Assembly (NCBI GenBank): GCA_964499705.1
Contig: CAZCME010000002.1
Location: 434,001 to 482,048, forward strand
Source of the DNA: an uncultured bacterium
GTDB taxonomy: Bacteria > UBA8481
DNA: 48,048 bases
Direction: 5' to 3'
In this document: positions 7,804 through 19,122 of the stretch, one piece after another
How the letters are laid out: each line of letters opens with the position of its first letter
How positions within the stretch are numbered: position 1 is the stretch's first letter
Notes under the pieces: model-generated
Database searches by the model: none
What the model was told of the DNA's origin: nothing
What the model saw: only the letters and a program-made list of their open reading frames with translations
Translations under genes and position numbers: made by a program

Positions 7804-8499
7804 TCAGCTGTAGCTTTTCAGTTTCCTCGCCGTGTCCGCGGCCTTGGCGCGGGCTTTCTCGATGAGCTGCGTGGCCAGCTGGCCGATGAAGGTGTCGCCC
7901 CCGAGGCGGACGGTCTCCGCAAGGTGCCGTATCGCCTCGTCGATTCTCCCCTGCCGCATGCGCATCGACCCCAGGCGAAACCTCACCTTCAGCATCTCCG
8001 GACTCTCGGCGAATCGCTCCAGAAATCCCTCGAAGATCTGCGCTGATTCATCCGGGCGACCGCTGCGTTCCAGGCAGATCGCGCGGCGGAATTCGGCCTC
8101 ATCGTCGGAAATCTGCTCGTAGATCTCGATCGCGCCGCGCCAGTCATCCAATTCCTCCAGGCACAGTGCCGCGGAAAACCGCGAAAGCCGGAGGCTCGGA
8201 GAATCGGGGAATTGTTCCGCATACGACAGATACATCTTCGCGGATTCGCGGTACCGCTTCAGGCTCCGCAGGCAGAACGCGGCCAGGAGAACCGCTTCGG
8301 CGCGATGCTCCGATTCCACCTCGGCGGACCGGCGCGCGTGCACGAGAGCGTCGCCGAGCTTGCCGGAGCGGAAGAGAATGCTGGCCAGGCGCAGGCGGAG
8401 CCCAGGATCCTCGTGGCTGGCGAGAACATCTTCGAGACGCTTCGCGGCGTCCTCCAGTTTCTCCGCCGCGATCAGCTGTTCCGCGATTTCATCCGCCAT
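7804..8499 (-). CDS. Tetratricopeptide repeat protein
   Basis: ATG at 8499 overlaps the end of pth; repeated TPR-like helices (FSAALCLEELDDWRGAIEIYEQ, FRRAICLERSGRPDESAQIFE, FRLGSMRMRQGRIDEAIRHL). Confidence 0.8.
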   Translation of the reverse strand: MADEIAEQLIAAEKLEDAAKRLEDVLASHEDPGLRLRLASILFRSGKLGDALVHARRSAEVESEHRAEAVLLAAFCLRSLKRYRESAKMYLSYAEQFPDSPSLRLSRFSAALCLEELDDWRGAIEIYEQISDDEAEFRRAICLERSGRPDESAQIFEGFLERFAESPEMLKVRFRLGSMRMRQGRIDEAIRHLAETVRLGGDTFIGQLATQLIEKARAKAADTARKLKSYS

Positions 8500-9043
8500 G
8501 AAACATCTTCTGAGCCTCCGAGACTCCGTGCGTGAGCACCGCTTCCAGCGCAGCCAGGGCGGCTTCCTTGCCCTCGAAAAGGTCGGCCATCGTTTCCGGT
8601 CGGGGACGCGAGAGCACGTACTGCGTGCGGGCCTCGCCACCTGGATCCGGTCCGATGCCGATCCGGATCCTCGGGTAGGCCGTCGTGCCCAGCGCTTCCT
8701 CGATCGACTTCAGGCCGTTATGCCCGGCCGCGCCGCCTTCGCTGCGGATCCTGACGGACCCGGCCGGGATATAGAGATCGTCCACGACGACGAGCACTTG
8801 CTCCGGCGGAATCCCTTTTCGCCTCGATAACGGGCCGACGGCTTCACCGGAGCAGTTCATGTACGTGTTGGGCAGGATGAGCCAGCCCTTGTCGAAACTG
8901 GCGACGAACGCCTTGGACGTTTCCGACCAGGCGATGCCGTTTTTTTCCGCGAATCGCTCCACGACTTCCCGGCCCGCGTTATGATACGTGCCGGCGTAAG
9001 CGCGTCCCGGATTACCAAGCCCGACGACCAGCAACCCTGGCAT
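8489..9043 (-). CDS. pth: Peptidyl-tRNA hydrolase
   Basis: LVVGLGNPG..Y..T.HNAG, PNTYMN.SG, DDL, GHNGLKSI, RIRIGIG; directly follows rplY. Confidence 0.95.
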   Translation of the reverse strand: MPGLLVVGLGNPGRAYAGTYHNAGREVVERFAEKNGIAWSETSKAFVASFDKGWLILPNTYMNCSGEAVGPLSRRKGIPPEQVLVVVDDLYIPAGSVRIRSEGGAAGHNGLKSIEEALGTTAYPRIRIGIGPDPGGEARTQYVLSRPRPETMADLFEGKEAALAALEAVLTHGVSEAQKMFHGG

Positions 9044-9058
9044 GAGGCGACCGAAGAA

Positions 9059-9766
9059 TTACTTCTTCTTCTCTTTGTCCTTGCCCTGGTCCTTGCCCGC
9101 GTCCTTGGTCTCGCCTTCCTTGCCGGCTTCTTCCTTGCCCTTGCCGATGACTTCAGGCTCGGCGGCTCCGGCAACGGCCGCGGCATCCGCAACCGGCGCG
9201 ACTTCTTCGGCGGCAGGCGGCTGGACCGTCGCGATCGTGACATCTTCCTGCGTCACCAGGCGCACGCCCGAAGGTATCGCGAGAGCGGCGGCATGAATGG
9301 AATCGCCGATCTCCTTCAGGACGGAAACATCCACGGTGAGATGCGACGGCATGTCCATGGGTGAGGCTTCGATCTCCACCTCGCGAACCATCTGGATGAG
9401 AATTCCGCCGGCCTTGACGGCTTCCGACGAACCCGTGAATTCGAGATGGACGGTCGTGATGATCTTCTCGGTCAGGGAGACGCGCTGAAAATCGGCATGC
9501 GCGATCGCGCGGGATACGGGATGGCGCTGGATGTCGCGGATGATGGCTGTCTCCTCCGCGGCTCCGGATATGACGAGCGAAAGAAACACGTTGCGTCCGG
9601 CGGATGTGTGCAGCGCCTTGTCGAGCGTTTTGCTGTCGACGAGAAGAGAATGGGGCGCGCCGTGACCGTACAATACGGCCGGCACCTTGCCCTGCCTGCG
9701 ATAGCGACGGGACGATCCGGAACCGAGCGACGTGCGGGGTTCGGCCTTCAATTCAAACTTATCCAT
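9059..9766 (-). CDS. rplY: 50S ribosomal protein L25/Ctc (long form)
   Basis: RRYRRQGKVPAVLYG, IQRHPV..HADF, EPEVIGKGKEE tail; GAGG upstream. Confidence 0.95.
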   Translation of the reverse strand: MDKFELKAEPRTSLGSGSSRRYRRQGKVPAVLYGHGAPHSLLVDSKTLDKALHTSAGRNVFLSLVISGAAEETAIIRDIQRHPVSRAIAHADFQRVSLTEKIITTVHLEFTGSSEAVKAGGILIQMVREVEIEASPMDMPSHLTVDVSVLKEIGDSIHAAALAIPSGVRLVTQEDVTIATVQPPAAEEVAPVADAAAVAGAAEPEVIGKGKEEAGKEGETKDAGKDQGKDKEKKK

Positions 9767-9897
9767 TGTGACACCTCACGAGTGCGGACCGCTGCATCGA
9801 CCGAACGCGAAGATGTTGGCCGATCCGCCGAAATTTAGGCATCCAGCATATTCGACGGCATTACCGGACGCAAGAGTTATGATATCATTCCCACACC

Positions 9898-11376
9898 ATG
9901 CCCCCGCTTTCGTCCGAGGCGATTCGCGCGCTCCTGGAATCCACGTATCCGGGCATCGCCGTGCATCACGGAGGCCGGCTGGCCGAATGCAACGCCGCCT
10001 TCGCCGAACTCTTCGGGTATGCGCCGGAGGAAATCGAGGAAACACGCATCACGGACATCATCCCGGCGGAATCTGTCACGGAATCGGACACGCTGACCGC
10101 CGACGACAACGGTCCTTACGAAACGGTCGGCATCCACCGGAACGGATCATCCGTCAGCCTCGAAGCCGTCAGCGTCAATTCCCTGCACGAAGGATTGCCC
10201 GCCCGCATCACGGCCGTCCGGGACATCCGCCGCCGCCGTCGCTTCGAGAAATCGCTGCGTCACGCCCAGAAGATGGAGGCCATCGGCCAGCTCGCCGCCG
10301 GCATCGCGCACGAGATCAACAATCCGCTGACGTACATCGTGCTGCATCTCGAAACCCTGCTGGAGGACACGCGCGCCTTTGACGGGAATAACGCGCTGAC
10401 CGAGGAGATGACGGAGCGCCTGGAGGAGGCGCTGGAAGGCGCGGAGCGAGTGAGCCGCCTCGTCAAGGACATCAATGTATTCGCGCGCGTCGATGAAGAC
10501 GACGCGGGTACCGCGGACCTGGAGGCGGTTGTCGAGACGAGCCGGAAGATGGCGGCGAATGTCATGAAATCCCGCGCCCGGCTCGTCACAGAGCTCGGCG
10601 GCACGCCTCCCGTCCGCGCCTCGCAGTCGCGACTGACGCAGGTCATCCTGAATCTCTTCATCAACGCCGCGCACGCGATCGAGGAAGGACACGAGCGCGA
10701 CAACGAGATACGAGTGCGCACATGGAGCGACGGCAGGGACGTCACCATCGAGGTGAGCGACACCGGCAAGGGCGTGCCGGACAACCTCCGAACGCGCATC
10801 TTCGATCCCTTTTTCACCACAAAGCCCGCCGGTCTCGGGACCGGCATGGGCCTCTCGATCTGCCGCAGCATCATCGAAAGTTTCAGCGGCACGATCGAGC
10901 TCGGAGATAAGAGGGAGCGCGGAACCGCATTCCTCATCCGTCTTCCCGTCGCAGCCTCCCCTGTCGCGCCAAAAGCACATGAATCGCCGAGCGCGGAAGC
11001 GGCGGCGCGGAGAATGCGCATGCTCGTCATGGACGACGAATCAGGAATCGGGGACGCGATCCGCCGCGTGCTCGGGTCGGATCACGAGATCGTTTCCTTC
11101 CTGGATGCGCGGGAGGGATTGCGGCTCATCCGGAACGGCGAACGATTCGATCTGATCCTGTGCGATCTGATGATGCCGGATTTCACGGGAATGGACTTTC
11201 ACGAGGCGCTGATGAAATTCCAGCCCGAAGTCGCGGCGGGCATCGTCTTCATGACGGGCGGAGAAACGACGCCGAAGACCGCGGAGTTCCTCCGCTCCAT
11301 TCCCAACAAGCGGCTCTCCAAGCCCTTTCGTTCGCAGGTTCTACGGGACCTGGCGCGGGAGAGATCCCGTCTGTAA
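9898..11376 (+). CDS. PAS-domain hybrid sensor histidine kinase (PAS-HisKA-HATPase-REC)
   Basis: H box AAGIAHEINNPL, N box QVILNLFINAAHA, DTGKG, FDPFFTTK, GTGMGL; receiver DLILCDLMMP and KPF. Confidence 0.93.
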   Translation: MPPLSSEAIRALLESTYPGIAVHHGGRLAECNAAFAELFGYAPEEIEETRITDIIPAESVTESDTLTADDNGPYETVGIHRNGSSVSLEAVSVNSLHEGLPARITAVRDIRRRRRFEKSLRHAQKMEAIGQLAAGIAHEINNPLTYIVLHLETLLEDTRAFDGNNALTEEMTERLEEALEGAERVSRLVKDINVFARVDEDDAGTADLEAVVETSRKMAANVMKSRARLVTELGGTPPVRASQSRLTQVILNLFINAAHAIEEGHERDNEIRVRTWSDGRDVTIEVSDTGKGVPDNLRTRIFDPFFTTKPAGLGTGMGLSICRSIIESFSGTIELGDKRERGTAFLIRLPVAASPVAPKAHESPSAEAAARRMRMLVMDDESGIGDAIRRVLGSDHEIVSFLDAREGLRLIRNGERFDLILCDLMMPDFTGMDFHEALMKFQPEVAAGIVFMTGGETTPKTAEFLRSIPNKRLSKPFRSQVLRDLARERSRL

Positions 11377-11421
11377 ACGGTATTATCAAAATAGTCTTAT
11401 CTGTTCAGTCGGATTCCACAT

Positions 11422-11520
11422 TTGACTCGAAGACGCGAAGGACACCAGGAAAACCGGGATTCCGCGCATTTTCCAGTCGCTTTTCTGCATTTCTTCGAGG
11501 TCTTTGTGTCTTTGAGTTAA
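11422..11520. repeat. Imperfect inverted repeat (REP-like hairpin) between convergent genes
   Basis: TTGACTCGAAGACGCGAAG (11422-11440) against CTTTGTGTCTTTGAGTTAA (11502-11520): 19 bp with 4 mismatches, all G-T wobbles on the + strand. Confidence 0.55.
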
Positions 11521-11595
11521 AGAAACTGGATATGGCTATTCGGTTACAAACCGTCTGAATCCCGGAATCGATTTTTTTATTTTAGATTTGAATCC

Positions 11596-12276
11596 TCACC
11601 TCTTGCTTTTGTCGACTCGCGGCGTCCTTGCGATGGCAAGCGCGTCGACGCGGAGCGCTCCGGCGTTCCTCATGAGGGCGGCGCATGTCTCCACCGTGGC
11701 GCCTGTGGTGACGACATCGTCGACGAGGAGAACGCTCTGACCCGGATGCGCTTCCCGGCGGGAAAATAATTTCGGAGCGTTCCGTTTTCGCTCCGCTCGG
11801 TTGAGCGTGCCCTGCCGGATCGAGGATCGGTCGCGTAGAAGGAACTCGATCCGGCGCGCGGACTTCGCCACAGCCATGGAATCAGCGAGTTCACCGGCGA
11901 AGGAATGATCGGATGGAACGGCGATGATGGAATCGTAGGGTCCTTCCGGCGCATCCGCCGCGGCGCGACGGATCAGGCGACGGGCGGCGGCGCCGTCGTT
12001 CCCGAGCTTTGCGGCTTTCACGAGAGACTGCAGAACGCCTTCATACGATCCCAGCACGATCAGGCGATCGTACGAGGGGGAACGAGCTCGGCACGCCCTG
12101 CACGTCGGTGCTCGCGAGGGTAAGGAACATCGAACGCAGCGGGGCGGGGTATGAAATTCCAGCGCGCGTTCGCAGGCGCGGCAGAGCGCGTCCTCCCCTT
12201 CTTCCCCGTACGCCGCTCCGCAATGGACACAGTGCTCGGGGAAGAAGAGATCCTTCATCGCCTCCGCGAGGATCAC
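11596..12276 (-). CDS. comF: ComF family protein (double zinc ribbon plus phosphoribosyltransferase domain)
   Basis: DLFFPEHCVHC, CRAC, CVRC, CRAC; LLVDDVVTTGAT. The start is either GTG 12276 or ATG 12258. Confidence 0.85.
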   Translation of the reverse strand: MILAEAMKDLFFPEHCVHCGAAYGEEGEDALCRACERALEFHTPPRCVRCSLPSRAPTCRACRARSPSYDRLIVLGSYEGVLQSLVKAAKLGNDGAAARRLIRRAAADAPEGPYDSIIAVPSDHSFAGELADSMAVAKSARRIEFLLRDRSSIRQGTLNRAERKRNAPKLFSRREAHPGQSVLLVDDVVTTGATVETCAALMRNAGALRVDALAIARTPRVDKSKR

Positions 12277-12289
12277 AACGCTCCGCTCG

Positions 12290-13599
<1,310 letters not shown>

Positions 13600-13600
<1 letters not shown>

Positions 13601-14502
13601 CAGAACCTCGTGGACAAGTTATGCAGCCAAGGAGCGACCAGCATGATACCAGAATTGAAGAGTGCGTGAAGGAGGAAGGGCGCGAAGATGCGGCCGGTCC
13701 GGAGGTAGAGCATTCCCATGGCGACACCGGCGATGCCGCGCGCCCAGAAGATCTCGCCCTGCATGTGCATGAAGGAAAACAGGGCGGCCGACAGAAGCAC
13801 GGCGGCCGCACGGCCGGTCCGAGGCAGCAGGTATCCCATCAATCCGGCGCGGAACAGGACCTCCTCCAGCCACGGAATCGCCACGACAGCGAGGGCGATC
13901 TCCACCATGTCCTCCCGCCAGTGCCAACGGAGCACCGAAAGGTCGGCGGCGCGAAACATGTCGGGCTGAAAAAACATTCCACCCATCACAATCGCCGATA
14001 GAAGCCCGACGGCGATCATCACGAAGGCGAGAACGTCGCGGACATCGGAGATCCACGCCGCGCGATCCGGAGGCCAGAGTCCTTTCTCCACGGGAAACTT
14101 CCTGATGAGCATGGCAGCGGCGGCCCATTGAGGAAGCGCGGTCATCATGTACGAAAGTTGCCCGTGAAACACCACGTTCATGATCAGGAGGACGATCAGT
14201 CCCGTGATGCACGCCATGACGATCTCCCGCAGAGCCACGAGCGGAATCGTACCCGGGACAGCGCGGCGGCCTGATTTCCACAGCAGGAGCGCTCCCAGGG
14301 GCAGGAGCGCCACACCCCATCGCGCGATCTCCCCGGCTGGAATTCGTTCGCCTCCCTGCGGTGGCGCGGCGGGATGGGACGCCAGGTAAACAAGGCCGAA
14401 GGTCCACGTGACGAGGACGATTTTTCCAAGCGCGGAATCATGATCGTCGCGCGTGGGAGGATGGTTCTCCTCCTCTTCAGAATCCCGCTTTTTTTCTCGC
14501 AT
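13600..14502 (-). CDS. CPBP (CAAX/Abi-like) intramembrane metalloprotease
   Basis: Multiple TM segments; PWLEEVLFRAGL, FSFMH, HALFN motifs. Start position is uncertain. Confidence 0.85.
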
Positions 14503-14544
14503 TCCGACTGTCTCTCTTATAGTGTTCCGCCAAGGACTTCAAGG

Positions 14545-15252
14545 ATGAAACTTCTTACAACCATGGCGTTGCTTCTCGCCGTCGTCGCGACGGCGGCCGA
14601 TGCCAACGGCGACATGCCGGCCGGCTCGTCGCCGCAGGCACGCCGCTGGGCTCCGCCGCCCGGAGCATCCGGCTATCCCGGAATCGGAACCATGGCCAAC
14701 TCCCCGCAAGGCGCGTCAGCTCCCGTCCCGATGGCGCCGGGTGCCTACGCTTCCGCCGCCGCCGCGATTCCCGCCTCGCCCGATCACATCGCCGCCGCTC
14801 TCGTGACCCTGGATGATCTCCGCAAGCTCGTCTCCCATTCCGACCGGCTCCGCCAGGTCGCCTCCGATCCCCTGACCCGCCAATTTCTGAAAGAACGCGT
14901 GACGTCTCCGGAAATCTCCTCGCTTACCGGTCTCTCTCCCGACTACCTCACTTGGCTCTTCGATATGCTTCTGTCGCACGGAGACCGGATCGGCGCGGAC
15001 GTGGTCCTGCCGAATTTCCGGCTCCTGGCCCCGGATAAGGTTCCGAGCTGGCCCCAGGTCTGGGCCCGCAGTTTCGCTCCGGCCCGGCCCTCGTCCTCCT
15101 CCGGCCCGAGCGGAAGCGCGGCGGCCTACCGCGGAGCGGAATCGCTCATCGCGTGGCGTGACACGACTCGCGCCGATGGAACGGCTTCCGGACGTTATAC
15201 CCCGTTCGGATGGGTGTATCCCCGTTCCACTCAACATCTCGAATCGAGGTAA
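14545..15252 (+). CDS. Hypothetical secreted Pro/Ala-rich protein
   Basis: Signal peptide MKLLTTMALLLAVVATAADA; AAGGA upstream; stop lies 4 nt before the PFK gene. Confidence 0.6.
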   Translation: MKLLTTMALLLAVVATAADANGDMPAGSSPQARRWAPPPGASGYPGIGTMANSPQGASAPVPMAPGAYASAAAAIPASPDHIAAALVTLDDLRKLVSHSDRLRQVASDPLTRQFLKERVTSPEISSLTGLSPDYLTWLFDMLLSHGDRIGADVVLPNFRLLAPDKVPSWPQVWARSFAPARPSSSSGPSGSAAAYRGAESLIAWRDTTRADGTASGRYTPFGWVYPRSTQHLESR

Positions 15253-15256
15253 CCTC

Positions 15257-16522
15257 ATGACATCCGTTCATAGAAACACCATTGGCATCATTGTCGGCGG
15301 CGGTCCCGCCCCGGGCATCAACGGCGTCATAAGCTCCGTCACGATCGAAGCGGAAAATAACGGCTTCGATGTGCTCGGGTTCTACGACGGATTCACGCAT
15401 CTCGCGCAGGGCGTCCCGAATTATGTAAAGTTGACGATCGACCAGGTGAGCCGGATCCAGGGCAACGGCGGAAGCATCCTCAGAACAGCCCGCGTCAATC
15501 CCACCCGCGATCCCAGGCAGCTCGAAGCCGTCGTCAGGACGCTGTCGCACCTGAACGTCACGCATCTCGTGACGATCGGCGGCGACGACACCGCGTTCAG
15601 CGCGTCGAAGGTGAGTGACTTCGCGCTGGAGACGATGGGCGTCGATCTGAAAATCTGCCACGTCCCTAAGACGATCGACAACGATCTTCCCCTTCCGGAA
15701 GGCATTCCCACGTTCGGCTTTCAGACCGCGCGGGAGATCGGCACGCAGCTCATTAAAAATCTCGCGGAAGACGCCAAGACCACCAGTCGCTGGTATCTCA
15801 CCGTCATCATGGGACGCACCGCGGGCCACCTCGCGCTCGGCGTCGGCAAATCCGCCGGAGCCACGGTCACGATCATTCCGGAGGAATTCAAGGAGCCGGT
15901 CAAGATATCGGTGCTCGCCGACATTCTCGCCGGATCCATCATCAAGCGCCTCGCCTTCGATCGCCCGTACGGCGTCGCGGTCCTCGCCGAAGGCCTCGTG
16001 GAGCGCATTTCCAAGGATGACCTCGCGATCATCGAGGGCGTGGAACGGGACGAGCACGGCCATATCCGCCTCGCGGAAGTCAATTTCTCCGACATCATCA
16101 AGAAAGCCGTCAAGAACGTCCTCCGGGAGTTCGGCATCAAGACGACTCTTGTGGACAAGGAGATCGGTTACGAGCTTCGCTGCGCCCCGCCCGTCGCCTA
16201 CGACGTCGAGTACACGCGCAACCTGGGATACGCCGCGATGGAGTTCCTGATCGGCGGTGGCACGAAGGCGATGATCTCCATACAGCACGAGAAGATCGTT
16301 CCGATTCCCTTCGAGGAGATCAGGAATCCCGTGACCGGCAAGACGAATGTCCGGCTCGTGGACACGGAGTCGGTCAAATACAAGATCGCGCGCAAGTACA
16401 TGATCCGGCTGGCGCAGGAAGACCTGGACGACGGGGCAACATTGCAGAGACTCGCGGCCGTCACCAATCGGACGCCTGCGGAATTCCGCGAAAGATTCGG
16501 TTATCTGACCAGGATGAGCTGA
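15257..16522 (+). CDS. pfp: Pyrophosphate-dependent 6-phosphofructokinase
   Basis: GGGPAPGINGVI, GGDDT (Asp indicates the PPi type), PKTIDND, MGR, GYELRC; GAGG upstream of ATG 15257. Confidence 0.9.
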   Translation: MTSVHRNTIGIIVGGGPAPGINGVISSVTIEAENNGFDVLGFYDGFTHLAQGVPNYVKLTIDQVSRIQGNGGSILRTARVNPTRDPRQLEAVVRTLSHLNVTHLVTIGGDDTAFSASKVSDFALETMGVDLKICHVPKTIDNDLPLPEGIPTFGFQTAREIGTQLIKNLAEDAKTTSRWYLTVIMGRTAGHLALGVGKSAGATVTIIPEEFKEPVKISVLADILAGSIIKRLAFDRPYGVAVLAEGLVERISKDDLAIIEGVERDEHGHIRLAEVNFSDIIKKAVKNVLREFGIKTTLVDKEIGYELRCAPPVAYDVEYTRNLGYAAMEFLIGGGTKAMISIQHEKIVPIPFEEIRNPVTGKTNVRLVDTESVKYKIARKYMIRLAQEDLDDGATLQRLAAVTNRTPAEFRERFGYLTRMS

Positions 16523-16527
16523 AACGC

Positions 16528-17097
16528 GTGCGAGACGTCGTGGCGCGAGGAGGCGGAATCCGGATCCTGCTGACCCTGGCCGTGATCGCGGCGGTCGCGG
16601 CGGCAGCGGCTCTCTGGTTGAGGCAGGAATCCCCGGTCACGACGACCACCTTGCCGAAACAGCAGGATTCCGCGACTCCGGAAGTAGGGCCGCTCACGCT
16701 GACAACCGGAGCTCATCTCAAGATCATCACTCCCGAATTTTCCGCGGAACTCGACGACAGCGGAGCCGGCTCCATCATCCGCCTCGATCCGTCGAAGACA
16801 CCTCCGGAACCCTTCCCGCAGGAAACGCTTTCGCTCGACAGGCATACGATGGCGCAACTGCTCCTCGACCTCGGCCGCCTGAAGGCGTCCTGGTCGGCCC
16901 GCAAGGTCGGCGAAGCGGCTCTTTCGCCGGATCTGCGCGACCTGCCGCAGGAAGCGATCCTGGACGAATCGGATCCGGTACTCGTCATCGAGGAGGTCAT
17001 GCCGGGAAGCGCGTCGCGCACGGTGCTTCAACTCACCGCGGCTTCACCGGAATATCGGGCGACCTGGGACGCCCTGACGCCCTTGAGACTGAGGTAA
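16528..17097 (+). CDS. Hypothetical membrane-anchored protein
   Basis: One N-terminal TM helix (ILLTLAVIAAVAAAAALWL); starts 5 nt after the pfp stop. Confidence 0.6.
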   Translation: MRDVVARGGGIRILLTLAVIAAVAAAAALWLRQESPVTTTTLPKQQDSATPEVGPLTLTTGAHLKIITPEFSAELDDSGAGSIIRLDPSKTPPEPFPQETLSLDRHTMAQLLLDLGRLKASWSARKVGEAALSPDLRDLPQEAILDESDPVLVIEEVMPGSASRTVLQLTAASPEYRATWDALTPLRLR

Positions 17098-17204
17098 ATT
17101 CAGGGAGCCCTTCGAAAACCGATTACCGAAATTCGAAGAACTCCTGATATCATCATAAGTGGGATCCGCGACTCGAAGCAGGAACCGGATCAGAGGGAGA
17201 AGTC

Positions 17205-18563
17205 ATGACACAGACCCCATCCGCTTTGCCCTCGTCCGACATCCTCCCAACCTCCGAATTTCAGAGCTCAAATCCGGCAACTTCCGGGGAAACCGGCTTC
17301 ACCAATGAAAACGCCTCGGTCCCCTGCGAAAAGCTGCCGCTCGTTCTCGTCATCGAAGCTGAGCCTGGAGCGGAATCGAACCAGCTCCTCCTCGATTCGC
17401 TCGCCGGCTCCTACCGTGTCGTCTCCTCGGGCTTCGGCAGGGAGGGTCGTGATCAGGCGCTGGCCCTCAGGCCCGATCTCATTCTCGCCGATGTAAATTC
17501 CGAGCGAATCAGCGAGCTCAGGAAGTGCCGCGAACTCGATGATGTCCCGATCATACTGATGACAACCGGGGCGGATGACGACTTGCGCGACAGGCTCCTG
17601 GAGGAGGGCGCTCAGGATTTCCTGGCGAAACCCTTCTCCGCGATCGAGCTCCTTGTCCGCGTCCGCAATCTCGTCTCGATGAAACGAGCGAGGGACCTTC
17701 TTCAGAAAGAGCTGCTGACGAGGTCGTCCAGCATCGAAGCGCTCGCGAACGAAGTCGCGGTCCGGAAGCGTGAAACAGAGACGGCATTCGAGGAGGCGCG
17801 CGTGGCGCGGGACATCGCGGAACAGGCGAATCGTTTCAAGAGCAACCTGATCGGGCTCATGTCGCACGAGCTCCGTTCGCCCCTGGCCGCGCTCCGGCTT
17901 CATCTCACGCGCCTCTCCCGCGAACAGGTGCCTCCTCCCTCCCCTGCGCAGATGGACGTCGTTCGCAAGATGTCGACTTCGCTCGATCGGCTCGTCGATC
18001 TCGTCACGTCGCTTCTGGAATACGTCCAGTTCGAAGGTGGCCGGCTTTCCGCCAACATCGAGACATTCGACATCGGAAAACTGGGAGCCGGCGTGGTGGA
18101 GGAAATGCGGGCGCATGCGGACGCGAAATCGCTGACCCTGTGCCTGTCATCCGCGATCGACATGCCGGAAGCGCGCACCGACCCCAGGCTCGTCCGGCTC
18201 ATTCTCATCAATCTCATCGCGAACGCGATCAAGTTCACGAAGTCCGGACGGATCGATGTGACGATGTCGCACGGCGAGAGCGGCCACGTCATCCTGGTGC
18301 GCGATACGGGTCCCGGCATCCCCGATATTCTCCACGCGCGCATCTTCGAGCCGTTCGAGCAACTGGAGCCCATCACGTCGAAGCATGCGCACGGCGTCGG
18401 TCTTGGGCTTGCGCTTGTGCGCGAAATGGTGAAGGCTCTCGATGGAAACATCACCCTGGAATCCGTCGAAGGAGAGGGGTGCGTCTTTACGGTATGTCTG
18501 CCGGCAATGGTAGCCGCGAGTGAGACGGCATGGAAATCCGAGCGGGAGGTGAGCGCGACATGA
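17205..18563 (+). CDS. Hybrid histidine kinase with a degenerate N-terminal receiver domain (REC-HisKA-HATPase)
   Basis: PDLILAD..KPF receiver; MSHELRSPL H box; NLIANAIKFT; DTGPGI; GVGLGL. Confidence 0.88.
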   Translation: MTQTPSALPSSDILPTSEFQSSNPATSGETGFTNENASVPCEKLPLVLVIEAEPGAESNQLLLDSLAGSYRVVSSGFGREGRDQALALRPDLILADVNSERISELRKCRELDDVPIILMTTGADDDLRDRLLEEGAQDFLAKPFSAIELLVRVRNLVSMKRARDLLQKELLTRSSSIEALANEVAVRKRETETAFEEARVARDIAEQANRFKSNLIGLMSHELRSPLAALRLHLTRLSREQVPPPSPAQMDVVRKMSTSLDRLVDLVTSLLEYVQFEGGRLSANIETFDIGKLGAGVVEEMRAHADAKSLTLCLSSAIDMPEARTDPRLVRLILINLIANAIKFTKSGRIDVTMSHGESGHVILVRDTGPGIPDILHARIFEPFEQLEPITSKHAHGVGLGLALVREMVKALDGNITLESVEGEGCVFTVCLPAMVAASETAWKSEREVSAT

Positions 18564-18916
18564 GCGGAGTCTTGATTGTGGATGACGACGAGGACATCCG
18601 GGTGATGCTGGCGGATCTCCTGACGGGGGAAGGCTATCCCGTCGCGACGGCGGGTCACGGCAGGGAGGCGATCGCGTATCTGCGGAGCGGAAAGCTGCCG
18701 TGCATCATCGTCCTGGATCTCATGATGCCGGTGATGAACGGCTGGGAATTCCGAGCCGAGCAGATGAAGGATCCGGTCTTCTCGTCCGTCCCGACCGTCC
18801 TCTTCACCGGAGTGGCGGATCTCGCCGCGGAGGCGAAATCCCTTAAGGCGACAGGCTACGTCACCAAATCCGCGCACTATCACGCTGTCCTGGATATGGT
18901 GAAACGCTACTGCTGA
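18560..18916 (+). CDS. Single-domain response regulator (CheY-like)
   Basis: ATGA overlap, GGAGG upstream; VLIVDDD, VLDLMMPVMNG. Confidence 0.9.
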   Translation: MSGVLIVDDDEDIRVMLADLLTGEGYPVATAGHGREAIAYLRSGKLPCIIVLDLMMPVMNGWEFRAEQMKDPVFSSVPTVLFTGVADLAAEAKSLKATGYVTKSAHYHAVLDMVKRYC

Positions 18917-19122
18917 GCCCGACATATCAGGGTGATCATGGTCACGTTGAGGGTGTCGAGCCGGATTCAGACGGGCCGTGCGTGGAAGAGCAACGAGCGT
19001 TTCCACTATGAGAGGGCCATGCAACGTGATATCTTTACCATCTTCCCTCGCAAAGATTCGCAGTTAACTAAATCGCGCGCGACGCGCACGGAGGGAGCGG
19101 GGGCAGTGGGATGCAGGGAGCC

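Noticed and set aside
9842-9879. Short matches (TCCAGCAT, GCAAGAGTTA) to the reverse complement of the 21400-21440 spacer
   Set aside because: Only 8-10 bp and in the wrong relative order; consistent with chance.
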